The position numbers and the translations under genes are program-made. Positions 25,155 to 32,444 of a stretch of 45,931 nt of DNA are shown here, in pieces; the stretch's first letter is position 1; each line of letters starts with the position of its first letter. The stretch covers positions 1 to 45,931 of the forward strand of contig JBGPVY010000001.1 of the NCBI GenBank assembly GCA_041491905.1, read 5' to 3'. Below the pieces are notes generated by a model. It saw only the letters and a list, made by a program, of their open reading frames with translations. It made no database searches and was not told where the DNA came from. Source of the DNA: Nitrospiraceae bacterium. Its GTDB lineage: Bacteria; Nitrospirota; Nitrospiria; Nitrospirales; Nitrospiraceae.

Positions 25155-25889
25155 ATGAACAGAATGCGAACGACATCGCGAACAGAAACATGCACTGTCG
25201 TCGGACTCCTTCCTGACAAGAAAATAAGAAGGCCCGCGGCTGGAACACTAGCCACACCGTTCAATCCCCAGACCTTTCTTGCCAAAGTTGGCCACGGCAA
25301 GACGACGTTGCAGGCCCTCAAGGAGCAGCTGATTTTTTCGCAAGGGGATGCGGCCGATGCCGTGTTTTATGTGCAGGCGGGCCGGGTCAAGCTCACCGTG
25401 CTCTCGCAGCAGGGTAAAGAAGCGGTCGTCGGGATTCTCGAGCAGGGCAGCTTCTTTGGTGAAGGCTGCCTCGTCGGGCAGCTGGCATGCATGGCGACCG
25501 CCACCGCACTGGACGCATCCACGATCGTGCGCATTGGGAAGGCGGCCATGATCCGTGTGCTCCACGATGAGTCCAGCTTCTCCGAGCTGTTTATGGCCTA
25601 TCTGCTGTCTCGCAATGTGCGTATCCAAGCGGACTTAGTTGATCATCTCTTCAATTCGGCCGAGAAGCGGCTGGCGCGGATCCTCCTGTTGCTGGCCCAT
25701 TATGGGAAAGAAGGCAAGCCGGAGCCGGTCATTCCGAAGATCAGCCAGGACACGCTGGCCGACATGATCGGCACCACGCGCTCCCGCGTCAGTTTATTTC
25801 TGAATAAGTTCAGAAAGCTGGGCTTCATTCACTACAACGGCAGAATGGAAGTGCACAGTTCACTCCTTAACATTGTCCTCCACGACTAG
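25155..25889 (+). CDS. Crp/Fnr-family transcriptional regulator, paralog group A
   Basis: TPFNPQTFLAKVGHGKTTL..AVFYVQAGRVKLTVLSQQGKEAVVGILEQGSFFGEGCL..TTRSRVSLFLNKFRKLGFIHYNG. The N-terminal extension is uncertain. Confidence 0.9.
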   Translation: MNRMRTTSRTETCTVVGLLPDKKIRRPAAGTLATPFNPQTFLAKVGHGKTTLQALKEQLIFSQGDAADAVFYVQAGRVKLTVLSQQGKEAVVGILEQGSFFGEGCLVGQLACMATATALDASTIVRIGKAAMIRVLHDESSFSELFMAYLLSRNVRIQADLVDHLFNSAEKRLARILLLLAHYGKEGKPEPVIPKISQDTLADMIGTTRSRVSLFLNKFRKLGFIHYNGRMEVHSSLLNIVLHD

Positions 25890-25964
25890 TTCCCCTTGAT
25901 GAGGCTTCGTTGATTTCGCGCAGGGGCACAGCTAAGCGGTCTTCCATATTAATTCCTCACACAT

Positions 25965-25982
25965 GAGCTATTTTGACCAGAT
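25965..25982 (+). promoter_or_regulatory. Stress-promoter element copy 9 (GAGCTATTTTGACCAGAT), about 75 nt after the crp stop, reads toward 26244
   Basis: TAGCTT at 26002-26007 (1-nt offset). About 260-nt leader. Confidence 0.5.
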
Positions 25983-26243
25983 TCCCGTCCCTCCAGGGGC
26001 GTAGCTTTGAACCTGTAATGGGTCATCAAGTCCTCGCGAATTTATCACGGTAGTAGAGTGAAGGATTGTGATCGTCAGGATGGAACCGATGGAAATTCAG
26101 TTCGTTGTATTGCAGATGATCTTCGTGACGAGGCAGCTTGTTGTGCTTAGTGACTGATGCAGGGCCGGGATGAATTCGTACAGGCCGCCAAACGTCTCAC
26201 GGCGGCAATCAGGAAGGTGTTAACTTAACACGAGAGGCTTGCC

Positions 26244-27014
26244 ATGCAATCACATCTTACTTCATGGATTGTTGTTCTCGGAATGGCTACCGTAGTGACT
26301 GGATGCGCCTCGATGAAGTCCTCAGGCGGGGCGATGATGGTTGATCAGGCGGGCCATCATCAGCTGAAAAGTCCACCGGTGATTATCGCCACCGTGGATG
26401 ACGTCACACGAGTGGGGCTATCCGAATACTCCCCCACTGAATCGGTGAAAAACACGATCACCGATGTACTCTCCATCCTCGGGAATGAGGCACTGAGGGA
26501 GCCGGGCCGGTCTGAGGAACGCCGCCAACAAATTGAGCAAGTCATCAGACAACGCGTCAACGTTTTGCAAATGGCCCAACGCTCTCTGGGGTCTCCTTGG
26601 ACAAGACTCAATGACGCGGAGCGACTGGAGTTTGTGAGCCTTTTCGTCGAGTTGATACGAGACACGGTTGCCAACAAGATTGACCAATATTACGACGAAC
26701 AGGTTTTCTATCTCGTTGAACAACGTGAGGGCAGCTTTGCCCAGGTCAGAACCAATTTGACTGGCCCGAAGGTTGATACCTCGGTAGATTTCCGCTTAGA
26801 GAACCAATCCGGCGAATGGCTCGTGTACGACGTAGTCATTGACGGCGCCAGCATCGTGAGGAACTACCGGACACAGTTTAGTCGAATTATCCGCGATAGC
26901 GCCTACGCGGGACTAACGGAGAAGATGAAGCAGAGGGCACACACCGTGAAATGGTTTGAAAAGACCGCACCCGCCATAGCGCTGTTGCCGACGGACACAT
27001 CCGACTCTCGATAA
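26244..27014 (+). CDS. MlaC/Ttg2D-like phospholipid-binding periplasmic lipoprotein
   Basis: Lipobox VVTGC. FVSLFVELIRDTVANKIDQYYDEQVFYLVEQREGSFAQVRTNL...WLVYDVVIDGASIVRNYRTQF. Confidence 0.75.
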   Translation: MQSHLTSWIVVLGMATVVTGCASMKSSGGAMMVDQAGHHQLKSPPVIIATVDDVTRVGLSEYSPTESVKNTITDVLSILGNEALREPGRSEERRQQIEQVIRQRVNVLQMAQRSLGSPWTRLNDAERLEFVSLFVELIRDTVANKIDQYYDEQVFYLVEQREGSFAQVRTNLTGPKVDTSVDFRLENQSGEWLVYDVVIDGASIVRNYRTQFSRIIRDSAYAGLTEKMKQRAHTVKWFEKTAPAIALLPTDTSDSR

Positions 27015-27062
27015 GTGAGGATGCAATTTCGTCTACGGAAGGTGACGATCACGATTCGTCCT

Positions 27063-27797
27063 CTAGTACTTGTCCCTGTTATGCCACATCAGCCCAAAGA
27101 CGAACAGTTGGCTGTCGTAATTCCCTCGGATATCACTAAACGTGATCGTCGCACGGTTGAATTTGAATTCGCCAAAGAACGCCCATTGCGGCGACAACGC
27201 GTACCGGGCGCCTGCGATGAGATTAAAGCCAGGACTGATATGGGCGTTCGATAGCCCATCCTTGGAACTGGTGGCAAAGAACAATCCGTATCCCATTCCG
27301 CCATAGGGTTGAAATACCTCGGACAGGGACGGGGACCGGATGATGAGATCGACCGCCCACGTCGTGAGCTGAAGGGGGATGGGCCCGATATTTTCGGCAA
27401 ATACTGTCCGTGATGACGTGCCTCCTACAATCGTCTGTGCTTTCACGGTTGGTTTCAGTGTGTACACATCTGTTTCAAGTCCCAGCCAGGGACGCCCCTC
27501 AAAGAAATAGCCCGCCTTTGCACCCCCGACGAGAGTACTCTTGAGTTCGAGATCATTCAGGCGGGCGTCGGTCACAACACTCCCTCCCACGGTCAGATTG
27601 GACACCGTGACATTCGAGAACGCCCCGGGATTGGCAATCCCTCCATACCCACCGAGATACCACTCCGCTTGAGTCTTGGTTGCGAGAAGACCACTCACCG
27701 TGACACTCCACGCCAGGAGCAGCCCACCAGTGATCCAAGGCCTTGCGGATCTCAAACGGATTGTGTTCATGATGCCTCTTCGGTGAAGGCTCACCAC
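27063..27797 (-). CDS. Outer-membrane beta-barrel protein (OmpW/porin-like small barrel)
   Basis: Signal peptide, alternating beta pattern, glycine/aromatic girdles. Ends ..LFVFGLMWHNRDKY. Confidence 0.7.
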   Translation of the reverse strand: MVSLHRRGIMNTIRLRSARPWITGGLLLAWSVTVSGLLATKTQAEWYLGGYGGIANPGAFSNVTVSNLTVGGSVVTDARLNDLELKSTLVGGAKAGYFFEGRPWLGLETDVYTLKPTVKAQTIVGGTSSRTVFAENIGPIPLQLTTWAVDLIIRSPSLSEVFQPYGGMGYGLFFATSSKDGLSNAHISPGFNLIAGARYALSPQWAFFGEFKFNRATITFSDIRGNYDSQLFVFGLMWHNRDKY

Positions 27798-27877
27798 AAA
27801 TCCGCAAACATTTAGTAGCTAACGTAGCGTAGGCCTTATTATAAAATCAAGGATCGGAAGACCTAAGAAACCGACTA

Positions 27878-28120
27878 CTCTTTAACTCTAGCGAGAAGCG
27901 GCTGGCGCAGGTGCAGCTGGTAATGGCCCACTTTGGGGAAGAAGGTAGGCCGGAGGCGGTCATTGCGAAGATCAGTTCGGACAAGCTGGCTAAGATGATC
28001 GACACCAGGCGCTCACGGGTGAGCTTCTTCCTGAATAAGTTCCGGAAGATGGGCTTCATTGACTACAACGACGGGGTGTACGTATACAGATCCGTCCTCA
28101 CTATCGTCCTGCACGGCTAG
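27878..28120 (+). pseudogene. HTH-only 3' remnant of a crp paralog, still an open frame (GTG 27911, 69 aa)
   Basis: LFNSSEKRLAQVQLVMAHFGEEGRPEAVIAKISSDKLAKMIDTRRSRVSFFLNKFRKMGFIDYNDGVYVYRSVLTIVLHG*. Homology begins abruptly at about 27878. The cNMP domain is absent. Confidence 0.65.
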
Positions 28121-28165
28121 TCCCCTTATTACCGCCAATCTTGGCGTCATCAATACTTGCCACCT

Positions 28166-28183
28166 GAGCAATTTTGACCAGAC
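28166..28183 (+). promoter_or_regulatory. Stress-promoter element copy 10 (GAGCAATTTTGACCAGAC), reads toward 28239
   Basis: ATAGAT at 28202-28207. The leader is homologous to copy 11. Confidence 0.6.
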
Positions 28184-28238
28184 AGGAATCTGTCTTGTCG
28201 GATAGATGTAACCGCAATACTCGCACGATTGGTCTTTC

Positions 28239-28955
28239 ATGCCTAACCGTAGGGTACTGGTCCACCGTACCGCCGTCTTAGGGCTTCTGCTTCTCGCAGC
28301 CATGGCCATGCAGGGCTGCCTAGCCATTGTGTGGCTGGGCGCTGTTGGGATTGATGTGACCCGGACCAGTGACATTGAGTTCCAGTCATTCGAGAACTCG
28401 TGGGTGGTTGGACCGCAAGAGCGGCAGCACCTGGCATAGGTGAAGAGCATCGCGGTGACGCCGTTCGTCGGAGATCCGGTGATGGCTTAGCGGTGGACCG
28501 CTGTTTTTCGAGAAACGACTGATCTTCGCGTGGTGAGCCCGTCCGACGCGACCCTGGATGAGATATCCGACTACGGGCAGATAGGGCTGGCACAGCGGAT
28601 GGGCGCGGAGCTTCATGTGGATTGTGTGCTGTTCGGGAGTGTGGCCGGTCAAGAGCCACAGAAAGGCTTTATGGGATTAAAGGAGAGTTCCTCGCGGAGG
28701 CTGTACCTGCATCTGGTGAGTGCAGAAGGGACCCTCATGTGGAAGACTGAGCTGCCCTATACGATTGTCAAGGGGGCCAAGGATCTGGATGAAGAAATCG
28801 TGACGAAGGCTCTCCTGACTCATGTAAGAGCACACGCGAACGAGCTTGAGTTGGCTGAACTGGGAGCAACAACCATGCAGGCTGCGTCAGGATCCTTGCG
28901 TGATGCGTCCGATTATCAAATGGCACGTCCTTTACCGGGGTTCGAGCGTCCATGA
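28239..28955 (+). pseudogene. Lipoprotein reading frame interrupted by two in-frame TAG codons (28437, 28488)
   Basis: A single frame reads MPNRR..LLLAAMAMQGC...QERQHLA-TAG-VKSIAVTPFVGDPVMA-TAG-RWTAVFRETTDLRVVSPSDATLDEISDYG... The inter-stop peptide looks like a genuine KSIAVxPF beta-strand motif. Confidence 0.55.
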
Positions 28956-29054
28956 TGGCCATATCAATCTATGCACCGTCTGCCTTGAATGAAGCATCGT
29001 TGATTTCGCGCTGAGCGAGCGTCAAGCTGTCTCTCGGAAAAATTCTTCAAATGT

Positions 29055-29072
29055 GAGCAGTTTTGAACAGAT
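29055..29072 (+). promoter_or_regulatory. Stress-promoter element copy 11 (GAGCAGTTTTGAACAGAT), reads toward 29145
   Basis: ATAAAT at 29091-29096. AATTCTTC lies 14 nt upstream. Confidence 0.6.
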
Positions 29073-29144
29073 TGCAGTCTGTCTAGTTGGATAAATTTAA
29101 CCTGAATATACACACGAATGGGCGTGTGTCCAAAGGAGGAAACC

Positions 29145-29495
29145 ATGAGATATTCCGCTATGACGATGCTCGTGTTAGTCATGGGAGTTGCCACCGGCTG
29201 CTCAATATCCAGCATAGGGACGGATTTTAGTGGCTTGAAAGGATTGGACGGCGACAAGGTGACGCACATTAACACGAGGAACTACGCGGTCCACCTATTC
29301 TTAACCAAACCGCTCTTCGGAGACGCCACCCTGCAGAACACCGTCAAGAGTTTCACCGAAGAGGCGAAGAAAACCGGTGCGACGAAGGTGAGAATCGTAC
29401 AGTCGGACGAGTGGACCTTGTGGTATCTCCTTCCCCCCTTGACACTGCTTTTCACCCCGGTGACCGTGGACGTCGCAGGAGATGCAATTCAGTAG
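29145..29495 (+). CDS. Hypothetical lipoprotein
   Basis: AAAGGAGGA lies upstream of the ATG at 29145. Lipobox VATGC. Hydrophobic C-terminal segment. Confidence 0.6.
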   Translation: MRYSAMTMLVLVMGVATGCSISSIGTDFSGLKGLDGDKVTHINTRNYAVHLFLTKPLFGDATLQNTVKSFTEEAKKTGATKVRIVQSDEWTLWYLLPPLTLLFTPVTVDVAGDAIQ

Positions 29496-29644
29496 CGTAA
29501 GGGATACTTCGGTAAGTCTCCATTACCGCGTGCCTCCATCTTCTTATTCGCGGTGGCTTATGACCTCAAAATACCCCTTTCAGTGGCGGCCGAGGTTAAG
29601 GATTACATAATGAACTCGATGGCTTAGTCCAGCGGCGACCACAA

Positions 29645-30844
29645 ATGGAGATCGACGACGTGAGCCAAGCGAAGTCAAATCGGTGGGTCGTGGATCCGGG
29701 GGTCTGGCCCCCGGTGACGTCCGCTCATCGTATCCTGCGGTCCAATGCCCATGCTCTCCGCACGGAGTACGTGGAAACTGCAAGGCTCGAATCACTTCTG
29801 AAAACCTCGCCATTTAACTTCCTGGGTATCGTCCGTCATGACCGGAGTCCCAGGGAGCCTAGAGGCTTAGATGCCTGTCCGGTTGTCTTCCTCGATTTGC
29901 CGCAATTCAACGGGCCTCCGTTGGCCGAGGTGTGGACGAGCACCTTGGCGGTTACCTATCACCAGGCCGGGGAAATCCACTGCGCAATGAACGATGAGGT
30001 GCTCTTTGGCGCGTTGCAATTGGAAGAAAGCCGGGGCACGCTGCTGGATATCATGACCTACAACGCCTATCGACGCCTGCTCGTCCAGGCTCGTGCCCTG
30101 GGCTACCCTCATCTGTTGCGGGTGTGGAATTACTTCCCCCAGATCAACCGTGAATCCGATGGGCTGGAACGGTACCAGCGCTTTTGCGCCGGCCGATACC
30201 AGGCTCTGGCCGAGAACCTTTCGAACTTCCCTCGAACCCTGCCTGCGGGGACTGCCGTTGGGACGATGTCTGGCCCGCTGAAAATCCATTTCCTGGCGGC
30301 TAGGCATCCTGGAACGCATATCGAGAATCCCCGGCAGGTGAGCGCGTACGAGTATCCTTCTGTCTATGGTCCGCGCAGCCCGTCGTTCGCGAGAGCCACC
30401 CTGCGGCCATCCATCTCCGGATCCCACCTGCTCATCGCCGGTACGGCGAGCGTGGTCGGTCATGTGAGTGAGCACATCGGCGAGCCGCATAAACAGACCC
30501 TGGAAATCATCCACAACCTGAATGTTCTGATCACACATACTGAGCAGCTCCACGGGATCACTCGTGGACAGTGGCATGGGCAGGCCCTCTTCAAGATCTA
30601 TATTCGACACCCGGAACACTTCGCGACGGTCCGCGACATTCTCAAGGAGCAGCTGCCTTCCCATACTCAGGTGCTCTACCTTCAAGGAGAGATGTGCCGC
30701 AGCGAGTTATTACTTGAGGTCGAAGGCATCCTGAGCCAAGAAAAGACCATTGACGTGAGACAAACGCTGTCGCCACCCCCTGTTCGTCTCCAACAACCTG
30801 CGGCATTCCACCAAGCGCAGCCGGGTAGCTTCAAGACCGTGTAG
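29645..30844 (+). CDS. FkbO/Hyg5/XanB2-family chorismatase (hydroxybenzoate-forming)
   Basis: LLRVWNYFPQINRESDGLERYQRFCAGRYQAL...IENPRQVSAYEYPSVYGPRSPSFARAT...LLIAGTASVVGHVSEHIGEPHKQTLEII matches the family signature. The start is uncertain. Confidence 0.75.
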   Translation: MEIDDVSQAKSNRWVVDPGVWPPVTSAHRILRSNAHALRTEYVETARLESLLKTSPFNFLGIVRHDRSPREPRGLDACPVVFLDLPQFNGPPLAEVWTSTLAVTYHQAGEIHCAMNDEVLFGALQLEESRGTLLDIMTYNAYRRLLVQARALGYPHLLRVWNYFPQINRESDGLERYQRFCAGRYQALAENLSNFPRTLPAGTAVGTMSGPLKIHFLAARHPGTHIENPRQVSAYEYPSVYGPRSPSFARATLRPSISGSHLLIAGTASVVGHVSEHIGEPHKQTLEIIHNLNVLITHTEQLHGITRGQWHGQALFKIYIRHPEHFATVRDILKEQLPSHTQVLYLQGEMCRSELLLEVEGILSQEKTIDVRQTLSPPPVRLQQPAAFHQAQPGSFKTV

Positions 30845-30905
30845 GCACCGGGCTCCGTCCCAACTACTGCCTGTGTTTCTGGATTGACTTCAACATCGAG
30901 ATCAC

Positions 30906-31748
30906 ATGCGTCCACATACTCCCATGCCATGGCACTTCACCATCGATGCAGACTGGGTACCTGGGTCCGAGATCGGGCTGGAAGGCTTGCTGGATTTCAG
31001 TGATCGATGGAAGCTCAAGGCCACGATTTTTGTTGCCGGGCGGTTTGCGGAGACCTATCCGGATCTGATCAGAGATTGTCGGCGGCGAGGGCACGAACTC
31101 GGCACGCATGGGTGGGAGCACGGTGGCCTCGAGAAAGACGAGGATTTCAGGTCAGCCAACTATGACCAGCAGCGAGCATGGATCCGGCTGGCCACGGAGG
31201 CCGTGGAGAAAGCCTCAGGGGTTCGCCCCGTCGTCTTCCGCGCACCGAGCTTGTGGATCAGCGAAACGACCTTGCGCGCGCTCGAAGATGAGGGATACCG
31301 CTACGATTCATCTGTTCCGGCGCGGCGATTTGATTGCGGCTTTGGCCGGGTGCACTACCTGAAATACTTTCGTGCGCCGAGCGAACCGTACCGCCTCTCG
31401 TCATCCCACCTGCGCCTGCCGGGACACAGCTCGCTCATCGAGATGGCCCCCTCCGCGTTTCTGTTCCCCATCAACATGGCTACACTCCGGGTACTCGGCC
31501 TGCCGGTGATGAAGTGGATGGTACGCCGGATCTCTCGGCGTGCCTCGCGGCTGGTGTTCTATTGCCACCCGCACGAATTTGTGCATGCCCATCGGCAATC
31601 CTTCCCGCGCAATATGTCCAAATGGAATATGCAGGGCATGACACCGGAAAATATCTCCCTCCTTGACGGATTTGTTGAACACATGATGCGGCAAGGATAT
31701 TCTCCTACTCTTTTTGCAAACTCGTTTAGTCATGCGTTTGCTTCATAG
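30906..31748 (+). CDS. Polysaccharide deacetylase (NodB-homology / CE4) family protein
   Basis: KATIFVAGRFAETYPDLIRDCRRRGHELGTHGWEHG; ...VFRAPSLWISETTLRALEDEGYRYDSS. Confidence 0.75.
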   Translation: MRPHTPMPWHFTIDADWVPGSEIGLEGLLDFSDRWKLKATIFVAGRFAETYPDLIRDCRRRGHELGTHGWEHGGLEKDEDFRSANYDQQRAWIRLATEAVEKASGVRPVVFRAPSLWISETTLRALEDEGYRYDSSVPARRFDCGFGRVHYLKYFRAPSEPYRLSSSHLRLPGHSSLIEMAPSAFLFPINMATLRVLGLPVMKWMVRRISRRASRLVFYCHPHEFVHAHRQSFPRNMSKWNMQGMTPENISLLDGFVEHMMRQGYSPTLFANSFSHAFAS

Positions 31749-31885
31749 CATGAAGCGAGCGCCAGTACGCGAATTCCGTCCGCTGCGATCGATGATGTCA
31801 ATGCGCACGCGACTGACCTCGCTGGCAGCCATCGGCGAGACAGTCACAACGCTCACCTCAGACCTTCAATTCATTCGCACATTGT

Positions 31886-31903
31886 GTGCAATTCTGACCA
31901 GTC
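31886..31903 (+). promoter_or_regulatory. Stress-promoter element copy 12, most divergent (GTGCAATTCTGACCAGTC), reads toward 32023
   Basis: CATACT at 31922-31927 at the fixed spacing. Confidence 0.45.
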
Positions 31904-32022
31904 TGAACCCGATCCGAGAGGCATACTGTAGCCATGATCCGCAGTCGTTCATAGGAACTTGCTCCTGCGCTCATGTGCCAAGGCTCGTACAATAAAACGG
32001 GGGATAGAGAAAGGAGTTTCTC

Positions 32023-32190
32023 ATGTTGTACTACGCGTTGATGTTCTTGCTGCTCGGCTTTGTGGCGGCCGCTCTGGGTCTGTCAGGAATCGCTGCGGTC
32101 GCGACGCAGATTTCCTGGGTGTTATTCGTGGTTGGAATTGTGCTCCTGATCATTCACGTGGCGAAAGGCCGCACGCCTCGAGTGACCTAG
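32023..32190 (+). CDS. DUF1328 (YtjA-like) small membrane protein, 55 aa
   Basis: AAAGGAG lies 6 nt upstream of the ATG. MLYYALMFLLLGFVAAALGLSGIAAVATQISWVLFVVGIVLLIIHVAKGRTPRVT*. Not in the ORF track. Confidence 0.75.
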   Translation: MLYYALMFLLLGFVAAALGLSGIAAVATQISWVLFVVGIVLLIIHVAKGRTPRVT

Positions 32191-32412
32191 CAGGCTGCGG
32201 AAACCTATTTCGGCACAGCAGAAAATCGAGGGTCGGCACGTCCGGGACAAGACCCCCCCTGCCGGATAGCCGCGCTCGACAGGCAAGACCGGCGGAACAG
32301 GCGAGACACTCAGTCGAGGCTTGGGCCTGTTCAGATGCTCGCGGCTCCCCGAAGCGATGCTCCTCACGAGAACCTCACTCTCGCCAGCCTTATCTCAATC
32401 CCGCAGCGGGAC
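32191..32412 (+). repeat. Composite copy of the repeat family, starting at the base after the DUF1328 stop codon
   Basis: 32191-32253 matches 18527-18593. 32258-32312 matches the reverse complement of 3590-3645. Possible degenerate right end aatCCCGCAGCggg at about 32398. Confidence 0.4.
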
Positions 32413-32444
32413 CACTGCCTCTGTAACGTGAGGGAGATTGTGTA

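Noticed and set aside
28172-28207. TTGACC inside the element as a sigma-70 -35 box.
   Set aside because: The conserved -10-like hexamer lies 22 nt downstream of TTGACC in every copy, well outside the 16-18 nt spacer range. The geometry fits an activator site centred near -41.5 better.
28437-28490. Programmed amber recoding (pyrrolysine-type) as the primary explanation for the two in-frame TAGs.
   Set aside because: No pyl genes or suppressor tRNA are visible in the window, and several other genes here end in TAG. A recent double nonsense mutation is more parsimonious. It is listed only as something to exclude.
31714-31995. 93-aa plus-strand ORF between the deacetylase and DUF1328 genes.
   Set aside because: It overlaps promoter element copy 12 and its -10, has no Shine-Dalgarno sequence and no family resemblance.
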